64,000 nucleotides of DNA from Spirochaetia bacterium. Lineage in GTDB: Bacteria; Spirochaetota; Spirochaetia; CADAEX01. The notes beneath the pieces were generated by a model. The model was not told the DNA's origin. It did not search any database and saw nothing but the letters and a program-made list of their open reading frames with translations. The DNA is taken from NCBI GenBank assembly GCA_963662265.2, contig CAXXHA010000030.1, positions 24,190 to 88,189 of the forward strand, written 5' to 3'. The translations under genes and the position numbers were made by a program. Below are positions 17,592-29,079 of this stretch, in pieces (position 1 is the stretch's first letter; every line of letters begins with the position of its first letter).

Positions 17592-20365
17592 ATGGATAAA
17601 TTATTCAAAAAAGAACTGTCAGAATATGTTTCTGACTCCAATGAACTGATTAAAGAAATACAGACAGTTATAAGCAGCAAGAAAGACTATACTCTTAAAG
17701 ATCTTGATTTTATTGAAACCAGGCTTGAAAGAGCAGCATATCAGGCATCATTTCTTTCACTGACTGAAATTTCAGATTTTCTGCATCCGGTTTCCGAATA
17801 TATAAGACAGCTTAAATTTTCGGGAAATATAACGAAAAATTCCTTTGACTTTGTCAATAAAATACTCAGAAAATTCTCAGAATTTCTGGGACAAATTGAA
17901 ATTCATGAAAAAGAGGGTCTTTACATAGATTCATCTGAAGTAATACTTTCATCTTATTTTAAAAATATACCAGGACAGCAGCGATATAATGAATGCCTAC
18001 GAGAAAAGACAGATCAGCTGCAGCAAGATCAACAGGTTCAAGAAGCTCTCTTTCAGGAAAAGACAGTGACTTCTCATGGTCAATAAACCTTCCCGGCAGT
18101 TATATTGCTGAAAACAGGGGCAAATACTATATTTCACTTGTTTTATCTTGATGCCTACAGGCAAAAGAGCCGTGATACACTTATTGATTCCCTTAAAAAC
18201 CTTGATAAGAGAAACTACACTATTATCCACGGTCCGCTTCAGGTCCCTCTTAAATCAGCAGTAGACAATGAAAAACAGTCCTTCCCTACTACCTGCTTGT
18301 TAAAACAACAAAAAAAGCAGATAAATTCCTCAGGGAAAACAATATAGACGGTAAAGTCATCAGGGTCCTTCACAAGCCTGAGGATTACACAGAACCTGAA
18401 ATAAAAACAATACAGAAAATTGCCTCCCCGGAAATTATCGAGGAGAAACAGGAAGAACATATTGATGAATCTCTTATTCCGGAAGAAACTCCTGCTGCAG
18501 ATATTGAAAAAACAGGCTACAAGAGTGCTATCAAGAAAGGGGAAATCCGCTTTTCAATAGGATTCAAGATGATTTCCATCATCTCTCTGATTATAGTAAT
18601 GACACTTTCCGGAATGATTTTTCTTGCGACCTACTTCTTTCTGCAGGACAGCCGGGTGAGAATTGAGGAAAATTAACCTCAAAGTATCAGAAGTTATTTC
18701 GATGAAAGTTGAGGAAGACCTTAATTCATTCAGCAACGCGGCATCCCTTCTTATGCTGGGAGCAAACCAGGAAGGGGAAGGTAAAGAGGATTTTGTAAGG
18801 TATTTCTTCAGAAACCAGGAAAATGTTCTCTTTACAGGTATTCCTGAAGCAGAAGTCAATTTCTACAACAAGGATATAATGCTTGAATATATTATTGATG
18901 AAAAGTTCATTGATAACATAATTAGATGAGAATTCATCGGAAATAAACCAGGCCATGCAGGGAATAACATCAGTTATCAATGTATCCCCCTATTTCGGGC
19001 GTACCCATGATGTGTCTGTCCATACCCTACAGGCAGGGAAGATCAGTGCTGCCCATGGTCATGGATTATAGACCTGAGAACAAGCTTCATGGAGCTTATA
19101 GATACATGAGGTATAACACTTACCTACATTGTAAACGAAAAAGGGGAACTGATCGCACATCCTGAAGAGGATATGGTAATAGATGGCTCGAATCTGAGCA
19201 GTCTTGAAGTTGTTGAAGATATGTTTAACCAGCCTGTAAGCTCCGGCCAGATAAGGTATACAACAGAATCGGGGCAGACAAACCTTGGATCATACAAGAA
19301 AATACCTACAGGAAGGCTTGGAATAATTACCGAGGTAAATGAAGATATTGCTTTCGAAGCAATCTATATCATACAGAGAAGAAACATATTACCTCATGAT
19401 AATGGTTCTTTCGCTTGCAGTACTTATTGTATATTTCTTTTCAAAAACACTTACTTTCCCTGTAAGAAACCTTGTTGTCGCGACAAAAATGATTGAAAAC
19501 GGGCCAGTTCAACATAGCCCTGAAGGCAAAAGCCAAGGATGAAATAGGGGTTCTTACAAACGCATTCGTAGAGATGGGTAGAGGACTCGAAGAAAAGGAA
19601 AGAATGAAAGATGCATTCGGCCGTTTCGTAAACCAGGAAATAGCAGAAATGGCAATGAAAAATGAAATACAGCTGGGCGGTGAAATAAAACAGGCAACTA
19701 TATTCTTTTCAGATATCAGATCTTTTACAGCTATATCTGAAAAACTCACACCGTCTGAAGTAGTTGAGTTTCTGAATGAATACATGACTCTTATGGTTGA
19801 TTGTGTAAACAAGAACCACGGTTTTGTAGATAAATACATAGGGGATGCTATCATGGCGGTATGGGGTACTCCGATATCCCACGGAAATGACACGGAAAAC
19901 GCTATTAACGGTGCTCTTCAGATGCGGACAGCTCTGATGCGGTTCAATCTTGACAGGGGAAGCGACAAGAAACCTATAATAAGGATTAGCTGCGGTCTCA
20001 ATACAGGGGATGTTCTTGCAGGCCAGATCGGTTCCAACGAGAGGATGGAATATACAGTAATCGGAGATGCTGTAAACCTTGCATCACGTATTGAGGCTCT
20101 TAACAAGCCGATGGGGACAGACCTTCTCATATCACAGAACACCGCTGATCTTGTTGAAGGGATTTATGACCTCGTCCCGATGAACAAGATCAAAGTAAAG
20201 GGAAAATCAGAACCACAGCAGATTTATGCTGTTCTTGGAAGGCTTGATGATGAAAACAGGCCGAGGAGCCTTAAAGACCTCAGGCAGAAAGTTGGTATAA
20301 TCGGCGACTTTGATAATATAGCAGATGTTGAAGAGAAAGAAGTAAAATATGAGATCATTGATTAA
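17592..20365 (+). pseudogene. Membrane class III adenylyl cyclase (degenerate Hpt-like N-terminus, TM, Cache-like, TM, HAMP, catalytic domain), broken by multiple frameshifts that are probably sequencing errors
   Basis: Fragments join across frames. Catalytic motifs [34 protein letters not shown]; HAMP ...[14 protein letters not shown]; Cache-like LIAHP. Confidence 0.8.
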
Positions 20366-23092
20366 GGATTTTCTTGCAGTAATAATCTCGGGAATTGTCT
20401 TTGTAACTGCAGGCTGGTTCTTCTATACAGATATAAACTCAACCCTTCAGAACACAGGCGGCGAGGAAATCGGGCTTATAATGTTCAAGAAAAACACTGC
20501 CCAGAGGAAATATTCAGGACGGGCTGTCTGGGAAAAACATAGAAACTGCGGCTCCTGTTTACAGTAACGATACGCTCCGGACCAGTACAGATTCAGAAGC
20601 TGTAGTTCTAATGAATGACGGTACAGAAATAGTGTTGCAGGACAACTCTCTTATTGTTCTTGAATGGAGCGACAGGAGAAAAACATTGAATTCCTCGGCG
20701 GTAATATTTCCGCAAAAAATAAAAGCGAAGATATTGCAGGTGTAAAAATCAAGTCGGCTGATACTGTAATCTCTCTTGATGATGCAAGTATAAATCTTCA
20801 GGGGACTGAAGGAAATCTGGACCTGTCAGTTGTTGAGGGGAATATAGGCCTCTCCAAAGGTGATAAAATCCAGGAAGTAAAGGCAAACCAGAAAGCACTG
20901 CTTTCAGAGGGATCTGATGATTTCTTGATTAATGAGATCACAATACGTCCCGATATCCCTGAAGATAATATGTATTTCCTCACGTTCGACAATAAGAAAG
21001 CTGTTAATTTCAGATGGAATTTTCTTAATCCGATTCCGGATCCTTCACTAAAAAATTGCAAAAGATATGGATTTCAAAAAAATTATATCTGATGAAATGT
21101 AGCTGATATCTATTCCATCAGCAGGGAGCTTCAGGAAGGGACCTATTACTGGCAGATTTATTCATCTTCAGATCCCTCTCTGAAAGGTCCTATAAGGAGA
21201 TTTGTTGTTATAAACGACAGATATCCCGAAATGCTCACCCCGACAGAAGGTGTTGAAATCAAATACAGAAAAGAACTTCCAAAGCTCCGCTTCCTCTGGG
21301 AACAGGGAATATTTCCGGAACATTACCTGCTTGAAGTTTCTCTTGACCCCAATTTTCACAGATAACGTTATATCTGAAAAAGTAAAGGGGAATTTCCACT
21401 TTCTTAACACCCTCTCAAGCGGAAAATATTTCTGGAGACTGACTCCGTTTTATTCACTTGGAAACATCGGTTATATTAAAAACAATAAATACCAGCCTTT
21501 TGAAATCATACAAACAACTGCGCTCGAACCTGTTCAGCTTGTTTTCCCTCCCAATAATACTGAAATATCAACTATTGAAAGCAGCAAGGGATAAAATTCA
21601 AATGGAAAGAGGAAGCTGAGATAAAGTCATACCATTTCTATCTTTCGGAAGATACTGATTTTACAAGCACTATCTATAATGAACCGCTTAATGCGAATTC
21701 CTTTTCTGTTGAAGACAGGATTGAACCGGGAATATATTACTGGAAAGTCGGAGGAGTTACAAATGACAATGAAATACTGCCCCACTCCTCATACAGGACA
21801 CTGTCAATTAAAGAATCAACCGGGGAAATAGAGCTGATAAACCCGGAAAACAAGGATCACTTTGAAATAGAAATGTTCGGCAACAGGACATTCACATGGG
21901 ACAGTACTGTAGGTGAAAAAATACCGTTTTTTCACTCTTCAAGGATACTCCTGATTCATCCCCGATTATAGAGGATTATGTTTCTGGGAAATCAAGAAAG
22001 ACAATGATACCGGCATCAGGTGAATATTTCTGGCAGGTATCTGTTGTTGATGAATACAATAATCCTGTTATTGACAGTAAAATATATTCTTTCAACACAC
22101 GGACTCCAATTCCGTCACCTGTTATGATCTCCCCATCCCGGATGAAAGTGTATCAATTATAGGAGATGATACTCTTGACTTCAGCTGGGAGAAAACATAT
22201 TCAGCTGATTATTATTCTATTGAAATAACAAGAGAAAGTGACAGAAAACAGATCACAAGAATTGAAAATATTGAGAAAACAGAATTTTCTTTCGAAGATA
22301 CAGAAATACTTACAGAAGGGAAATACTCGGCAAGGCTTAAAGCGTATAAGAAAGCTGATCTAGGATGGAATGAATCTGCAAGCGAGGAAACAGTTGTACC
22401 TTTCAGAATAGGTGAACTTGTAATATATGATCCTCCTGTTCTCCTGTCACCGAGGAACAACTCTGTATCCGGCCTTGAAGATATATTAAACGGTAATTTT
22501 ATTTTCAAATGGAACCACTCTCCCCTTCTACCTGAATATGAAATCACGATTTCAGAATCAATTGATTTCGACAGAAATCTTTCCGTTTTCGATGCGGAAG
22601 GGCTGCAATTCAGGCCTTCAACAATAAAACCTGGAAAAATACTACTGGAAAGTTAAGGGACTTGACAGCAAGAAATATTCAACACCAGAGTCCGGAATAT
22701 ACAGTTTCTTCATTGATAATATAAAACCTCTTCTCAATCCTGTTATAACATCACCATACAAGAATGAAACAGTAAACATGGATAACAGGGATTCACTGAA
22801 TATTAAATGGAATGAATCACCTGAGGCTGACTATTATATTGTTAAACTCTATTCAAGTGATTCATCATCACCTATATTTTCAGATGAAAAATATAAAGGG
22901 ACTGAACTTGATTTCAATGAACTTGAAAAACTGGATACAGGTAAATTTTCCGTATCTGTACAGGCAATAAAAGAGCTGCCTGAAAATAAAAAGAGACAGA
23001 GCATAGAGGTAAGGCAGAGTTTCACAATAACTCTTACTGAGCCGACACAGGAAATTGAAATAATAACTGTTGATGAGCAGTTTATTTTCTGA
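20349..23092 (+). pseudogene. Membrane-anchored FecR-domain protein with multiple FN3-like repeats, frameshifted
   Basis: N-terminal TM; FKKNTAQRK...VYSNDTLRT...DGTEIVL.DNSLI FecR-type motifs; repeated L..P....F.W...Y...G.YYW units across frames; overlaps the cyclase stop. Confidence 0.75.
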
Positions 23093-23142
23093 GAAAAAAT
23101 CAAATAATTACAAAGTTATTAAACCTTCAGTAATTTTGATAT

Positions 23143-23189
23143 ACCCCCCTTTTGTTGGACAAAAATCCAAAATAAGGGGGTTTTATTTT
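23143..23189 (+). terminator. Terminator after the cyclase-FecR operon
   Basis: CCCCCTT...TTGGA/TCCAA...AAGGGGG stem followed by TTTTATTTT. Confidence 0.65.
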
Positions 23190-23325
23190 CTATAAACCTT
23201 TCATAATACCTTTTGGATGCAACTTATTGTTGATTTTCATTTTTCTATAAAACAAACGCCAGAATAATTACTTGCCTGATTGACTTATTATCTCAATTGC
23301 TGTTATTTTTTCTGCGGTAAAATAA

Positions 23326-24933
23326 TTGATTACAGCAGCATTTATCTCGGTTCATATAAAAAAATCTCCCCTTGCGTTTCCCCTGTCATCAGCTCTGCTT
23401 GCAGCATCTGTTGATGGAGATCCCCTTCTCTGTAAAAATATAAAAACAGCAGTAACTGATTTTTTCCTGGATGATGATATTTCACTTTCTGCAGAAAAAA
23501 TTATAAGCATGAATACCGATATAGCAGCATTTTCTGTCTATATATGGAACAGGGATTATATTCTTTCCCTCATAAAAAAGCTGAAACAGATCAGGCCTGA
23601 TATCTCTGTAATAGCAGGGGGAGCAGAAGTAACAGCTGATCCCGTTTTTTTCAGAAACCACCCGGATATTGACTGGATAGTCAATGGTGAGGGGGAAGAA
23701 GCTGTTACAGAATACTTCAGGACTGTTGTTAAAAATCTTTCAGAATCAGAAGAGCAAAATATATCAGTCTCCCCCTGCACACTGCCTTATTCGAAACCAG
23801 AAACAGAAAGAATATCTGTTTCAGATCCGGCAATATACCCCTCCCCTATTCTTGTACATAAAATCTGTCTTGAAAACTATGACGGTATTCTCTGGGAGCT
23901 TTCAAGGGGATGCCCTTTTAAATGCGGTTTCTGTTTTGAATCCAGGGGAAGTGAAAGGGTGAGAAAATTCCCCATTGAAAGAATAACTAAAGAACTGGAT
24001 GTAATAAAGAAATCAGGTATTGACCAGGTCTTTGTCCTTGATCCCACATTCAACATTGACAGAAAAAGGGCAAAGGAAATACTCACACTCATAAAAAACA
24101 AAGCGCCTGATATTCATTTTACTTTTGAAGCAAGAAGTGAATACCTGGATATTGAAACAGCAGAACTTTTTTCAGAAATAACATGTTCTGTTCAGATAGG
24201 TCTCCAGAGTTCTTCGGAAGATGTTCTTAAAAATGTCAACAGGAAACTGGACCAGGATGATTTTTACAGCAAGGTACTGATGCTCCATGAAGCAGGAGCA
24301 GTCTACGGATTTGATATAATTTACGGACTTCCCGGCGACACGCCTGAAAAATTCCTTGATACTGTTGATTTTGCTCTGTCAATGGCTCCTAATCACATAG
24401 ATATCTTTCCTCTTGCAGTACTTAAAGGAACAGATATTTATGACAAAGCTGATTCATTCGGCCTGGTCTACAGAAAATCAGATCCCTACACAATAATAGA
24501 AACACCAGGTTTTACAGCGGAAGAAATAATATCGGCATCAGAAACTGCAGAAAGTATCAACCTTTTCTACAACAGGGGTAAAGCAGTTTCATTTCTCCCG
24601 CTGCTGCTTGAAAATACCAACCTCTCCCCTTCAGACTTCTTTACCAGTTTTTCAGTATGGCTTCTGCAAAACAAACAATTTTCTGATTTCGATACAGTAT
24701 CAGAGACTGAAATAACAAAACTTCAGACAGTTTTTGTCAAACAGCTTTTCAAAGATATGGATATGGAAGAATGCGGTATACTGGCATCTGATATTATTTT
24801 TTCAATGAAAGAGGAATACCGGGAATTCAATGAAAATCTATTGTCAGGCTTATTCAATATGGATAAGGTTTTTGAATACCTTGATTCAGGTGTTACCGAT
24901 ATTGAAGAACTTGTGTTTTTCACCAGAACCTGA
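23326..24933 (+). CDS. Cobalamin-binding radical SAM protein
   Basis: FSVYIWN...GGAEVT...GEGE B12-binding domain; SRGCPFKCGFC motif; IYGLPGD. Confidence 0.88.
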   Translation: MITAAFISVHIKKSPLAFPLSSALLAASVDGDPLLCKNIKTAVTDFFLDDDISLSAEKIISMNTDIAAFSVYIWNRDYILSLIKKLKQIRPDISVIAGGAEVTADPVFFRNHPDIDWIVNGEGEEAVTEYFRTVVKNLSESEEQNISVSPCTLPYSKPETERISVSDPAIYPSPILVHKICLENYDGILWELSRGCPFKCGFCFESRGSERVRKFPIERITKELDVIKKSGIDQVFVLDPTFNIDRKRAKEILTLIKNKAPDIHFTFEARSEYLDIETAELFSEITCSVQIGLQSSSEDVLKNVNRKLDQDDFYSKVLMLHEAGAVYGFDIIYGLPGDTPEKFLDTVDFALSMAPNHIDIFPLAVLKGTDIYDKADSFGLVYRKSDPYTIIETPGFTAEEIISASETAESINLFYNRGKAVSFLPLLLENTNLSPSDFFTSFSVWLLQNKQFSDFDTVSETEITKLQTVFVKQLFKDMDMEECGILASDIIFSMKEEYREFNENLLSGLFNMDKVFEYLDSGVTDIEELVFFTRT

Positions 24934-25150
24934 TTTTCAACCTTAAAGTCTTTTCCCAAAAAGCAGTCAGGTTTTATTTTTAATATTTTCATCAGCTTTT
25001 TTTATCTCTTTACCCTCCGTAAACTGCTTTTTAGAATATTTTAAAGCTTTTTTTACTGAATAAGTTTAAACATCAGTTATTTTTATCAAGACAGCTTATG
25101 TTCAAATATGATATAAATATAGTTACCAAAAATTATAAATGAGGTATGCA

Positions 25151-25930
25151 ATGAAAAAAAGAATCTTAATTACAGTCATTCTAATTGCTTTATGTACACT
25201 GGGTGTTTCTGCACAGTCTTTGAAAGGGATGTCATTAAACGGCTCTACCGGACTTATCAGTATACCTTCAGCAAGAATCGGCTGGGAAAAATCAGCAGAT
25301 GTGGGAATTGATATCGGCTACCATGCGATAATGGATGACCCTGACAATACAAGTATCCCGAAAGCATCTGTCAGCCTTTTTAAAATTACTGAAATTGCAT
25401 TTGCTTATGATACACAGCAGGATTCAGACAATTCAGATATGCTTATTAATGCCAAGGTTAAACTTCCTATAAAAAGTTCTTCAGCTGTGGCAATCGGAAT
25501 GAACTATCAGGCTCTCAAGATTGCTGCTCAGGAGGAATCTGTAAACCAGGTATATCTTGCAACAACATATCCCGGAGATTTCTTTAAGATGCCTGCAGAA
25601 ACAACTGTTACTATAGGTAAAACATTCGGAGATATAGCTCCTGATGATAATATTGACTTCGGTATGGGTTTTGACCTCCTGCTCTTCCCTTCAACTTTCA
25701 AGGGACTGATTCACTGGATCAACGACTTTGCTAACTTTTCATACAGTTTCAACGCAATGGGATCCAATGCAGGATACAGAGGCAGTTTCAACACAGGTAT
25801 AAGAGTTGATCTTTCAACAATTCCGGCACTTGCTGAGTATAAATGTGTTATCGATGCCTTTATAACAGATACTCTTGATGAAAACAGGGCTTTTGCAATC
25901 GGAGGAAGCTTCGGACTCCCTGTTAAATAG
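25151..25930 (+). CDS. Exported/outer-membrane protein, YjbH-like
   Basis: Signal peptide; GSTGLISIPSA start typical of YjbH-like beta proteins. Confidence 0.6.
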   Translation: MKKRILITVILIALCTLGVSAQSLKGMSLNGSTGLISIPSARIGWEKSADVGIDIGYHAIMDDPDNTSIPKASVSLFKITEIAFAYDTQQDSDNSDMLINAKVKLPIKSSSAVAIGMNYQALKIAAQEESVNQVYLATTYPGDFFKMPAETTVTIGKTFGDIAPDDNIDFGMGFDLLLFPSTFKGLIHWINDFANFSYSFNAMGSNAGYRGSFNTGIRVDLSTIPALAEYKCVIDAFITDTLDENRAFAIGGSFGLPVK

Positions 25931-25988
25931 AAACTATAAAGTATTTTTATCTTTTAATCTGAATATTTTTAAACAAATAATATTTTGC

Positions 25989-26024
25989 AAAAAAAATACC
26001 CCTTGAATTTTAAGGGGTATTTTT
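25989..26024. terminator. Bidirectional terminator
   Basis: A8-TACCCCTT-loop-AAGGGGTA-T5 between convergent genes. Confidence 0.85.
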
Positions 26025-26049
26025 ATTTCGAAATTAAAATTATCTTTAT

Positions 26050-27387
26050 TTAATGTGTGGGCCCGATCATCTTTTCAGGCAGCCATGTGATAATTTCAGG
26101 GAATACCATGCAGAGTATAAGGGTAAACATGATTATCAGGATAAACGGTATTACCCCTTTTATTATATCTGTCATTGTAAGTCCCAGAGAAGGATCGGCT
26201 GTTCCTTTCAGAACAAATATTGACATTGCCATAGGCGGTGTCTGGAAAGCCATCTGAAGATTTATACAGATCATCATGCCGGCCCATAAGGGATTGAATC
26301 CCAGCTTGACAAAAATCGGAGAAAAAATCGGTACAATAATAAAGACTATACCGATCCACTCGATAAACATTCCAAGCAGGAATACAATAAGCATAATTAC
26401 AGTAAAAGATGCCCAACGTCCACCGGGAACAGAAAGAATAAGCTTTGTTACAATATCACCGCATCCGGCACTCATGAAAACACCTACAAAAGCGTAACAG
26501 AGAGCCGCAATAATTACTACAAATGAACTAACCTTCAATGTTTCAATAGAAGCATGCTTTATAAGTTTCCAGCTAAATTTCCTGTAAGCTATGGCAAGAG
26601 CTATTGCAGCAAGGGAACCTACAGCTGCTGCTTCGGTAGGAGGAGCAACACCTGAAAAGATAGTACCAAGAACTGCTATTATAAGTAGTACAGGAGGTAC
26701 CATTGACTTGAGAAGATGAATAGCCTTTTTTGCATTAAAAGGAGTTATATCTTCGGCAGCCATTGCAGGTCCCAGTTCAGGATTGAATTTACACCTCAAT
26801 ACTATGTATATGATATAAAGAGCAGAAAGTGTAAGTCCCGGGAAAACAGCACCCATAAACATCTGTCCTATTGAAAGACCTGCCTGCGGTGCATATACAA
26901 CAAGCATGATACTTGGCGGAATAAGAATTCCGAGAGTACCGGATGCTACTATGGATCCTGCTGCAAGAGGTTTGTTGTATCCCCTCTTTATCATCGGTTC
27001 AAGAGCTATAAGTGTCAGGATTGTTACAGAAGCTGCAATTACTCCCAGGCATGCCGCGAGTATTGTACCAAAGACTACTGTAACAACAGCAAGACCGCCC
27101 CGGAGGCTTCCGAGTGCTTCATACAGACTGTCATAAAGATCCCTCGTGATACCGGAATGCTGCAGTATTACACCCATGAATGTGAAAAGAGGTACTGCCA
27201 GGTACGGGTAGTTAAGAGAAAGCCCGTAAAACCTGCTGTACATTATGTGGTAAGCAACATCAGGTCCGAATACAAGCACCCCGACAACAAAAGCTACACT
27301 TCCTATAACAAAAGCAATGGGGAAACCGGTAAGTACAAGTCCGAATACTCCGCCGAGCATCAGAAATGTAATCAGTTCAGAACTCAT
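26050..27387 (-). CDS. dctM: TRAP transporter large permease
   Basis: LAVPLFTFMG, GTLGILIPPS, PTEAA, TPP motifs. Confidence 0.93.
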   Translation of the reverse strand: MSSELITFLMLGGVFGLVLTGFPIAFVIGSVAFVVGVLVFGPDVAYHIMYSRFYGLSLNYPYLAVPLFTFMGVILQHSGITRDLYDSLYEALGSLRGGLAVVTVVFGTILAACLGVIAASVTILTLIALEPMIKRGYNKPLAAGSIVASGTLGILIPPSIMLVVYAPQAGLSIGQMFMGAVFPGLTLSALYIIYIVLRCKFNPELGPAMAAEDITPFNAKKAIHLLKSMVPPVLLIIAVLGTIFSGVAPPTEAAAVGSLAAIALAIAYRKFSWKLIKHASIETLKVSSFVVIIAALCYAFVGVFMSAGCGDIVTKLILSVPGGRWASFTVIMLIVFLLGMFIEWIGIVFIIVPIFSPIFVKLGFNPLWAGMMICINLQMAFQTPPMAMSIFVLKGTADPSLGLTMTDIIKGVIPFILIIMFTLILCMVFPEIITWLPEKMIGPTH

Positions 27388-27388
27388 T

Positions 27389-27907
27389 TCAATCAATTTC
27401 TTCCCCCTTTATAAGATAAAAAACATCCCTTACAAATCTTGCTAACCCCTGAAAAATCAGAAGAAGAAGACCGACTGCAAAAACTGTTCTGTACGGGGCA
27501 GCAGGCGGATACCAGAAACTGGTAAACATTACTTCGTTTATTTTCCATGCCTTTACTGCCCATTTAGTCGCAAGTATGAGCATAACTGTCATAAGAGGGA
27601 AAAACAGAACAAGAGAACAGACTATATCCATTATTGCCTTTGTCTTTCTGGAAAAAGAGCCGTAAAAAATATCAACCCTTGTGTGCGAATCTTTGAGATA
27701 TACATAGGAGGCACCAAGCATATAGGTAACTCCGCCGCACATACAAAGAACATCATAGGCCCATATTGTTGGTGCATTAAAAAAGTGCCGGGCTATCGCA
27801 TCATATGAACCTACAAGCACAAGGAGAAAAGCAAACCATTTCCCCACAGAACCTGCAGTCATACTCAATGAATCTATCGTTTTAAGTATTTTTTTCAAAA
27901 TGACCAT
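27389..27907 (-). CDS. dctQ: TRAP transporter small permease
   Basis: Four TM helices; ARHFFNAPTIWA, HTRVDIFY. Confidence 0.9.
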   Translation of the reverse strand: MVILKKILKTIDSLSMTAGSVGKWFAFLLVLVGSYDAIARHFFNAPTIWAYDVLCMCGGVTYMLGASYVYLKDSHTRVDIFYGSFSRKTKAIMDIVCSLVLFFPLMTVMLILATKWAVKAWKINEVMFTSFWYPPAAPYRTVFAVGLLLLIFQGLARFVRDVFYLIKGEEID

Positions 27908-27933
27908 ACTTTATCTCCCTGTCATTCTATTGA

Positions 27934-29010
27934 TTAATTTGAGGATGAGTATGCTTCACCGTAATCTTTCATTGAAGTATAGATTTCACCGAAAATTGGA
28001 GATTCTTTAGCAGCTTTTTCCTTGTAGAATTTCGCAGCTTCCGCATTAAGAGCATCTTCAATATCTTTTGGAACTTTATGTACTTCAACACCGGCTTTCT
28101 TGAATTCTTCAATTGCTTTTACAGACTCGTATACAAGATATTCATGCTGTGCCTGTGACCATTTGTCAATTTCTGTTTTAACAATTTCCTGAAGATCAGC
28201 AGGAAGTTTGTTGAAAGCTGACTTGCTTACAAAGAACACCTGGGGATCACTTGGCGCTCTTGCAGGTGAAAGGTACATATATGGAGCAACTTCATTGAAA
28301 TGCATCTTCCAGTTTGTAGCTATTGTTGAATATTCAAAAGCATCGATTGTTCCTCTCTGCATTGCTTCGTAACATTCACCGCCGGGAATAATTACAGTTG
28401 CAGCACCCATTCTTTTCAGGATTTCTCCGCCGTCACCCATACATCTTGCTTTAAGACCTTTAAGATCTTTAAGGCTGTCAAGTTTTACTTTTGAATGAAA
28501 GAAAACTTCAGCAGGAAGAGGTGAAAGAGCACCTGGAAAAGTCATTGTGTCATAGTCACCCATCATCTTGTTCATCAGGTCAGCTCCGCCGCCGTAGTTG
28601 AACCATGTTCTCAGCGCTTCGCCGGGAAGTCCGCCAGGTCTTGAACTGATAAGACCAGCTGCCGGCCATTTATCAAGGTTATACATCGGGCATGTATAGC
28701 ACATCTGAAGAACACCTTCATTAACAGCATCAAGTTCCTTGTAAGCAGGAACAACTGAACCGCCTACAAAAGGCTTAACTTCGAGTCTTCCGCCTGAAGC
28801 CAGAGTAATAGCTTCACAGCATTTGTCATGATAAATCTGTGATGGGTCTGTTGCAGGACCATGTCCTGAAGATTTCCAGACAATTTTTTCTACTTTAGCA
28901 GCAGCTTCCCCGCTGTCAGCGCTTTCGCTTTTCTGACATGACATAAAACCTGTCATTAAAACAGCAACTGCAAGCAGTAAAACAATTTTTTTCTGAGTAA
29001 ACATTTTCAA
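27934..29010 (-). CDS. dctP: TRAP solute-binding lipoprotein (TakP/lactate-binding-like group)
   Basis: Lipobox FMSC; SGGRLEV, DLKGLKAR, YEAMQRGTIDAFE. Confidence 0.9.
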   Translation of the reverse strand: MKMFTQKKIVLLLAVAVLMTGFMSCQKSESADSGEAAAKVEKIVWKSSGHGPATDPSQIYHDKCCEAITLASGGRLEVKPFVGGSVVPAYKELDAVNEGVLQMCYTCPMYNLDKWPAAGLISSRPGGLPGEALRTWFNYGGGADLMNKMMGDYDTMTFPGALSPLPAEVFFHSKVKLDSLKDLKGLKARCMGDGGEILKRMGAATVIIPGGECYEAMQRGTIDAFEYSTIATNWKMHFNEVAPYMYLSPARAPSDPQVFFVSKSAFNKLPADLQEIVKTEIDKWSQAQHEYLVYESVKAIEEFKKAGVEVHKVPKDIEDALNAEAAKFYKEKAAKESPIFGEIYTSMKDYGEAYSSSN

Positions 29011-29079
29011 AACCTCCTTGATTATTTCAATGTTTCTCCGGAAACAGAAACTATATCTGTTTCCATGAATATCAAAAAA

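Noticed and set aside
17592-23092. Programmed frameshifting or phase variation in the cyclase-FecR locus
   Set aside because: There are too many breaks, they lie in short runs rather than long SSR tracts, and the same pattern hits essential murC. An artefact is more parsimonious.
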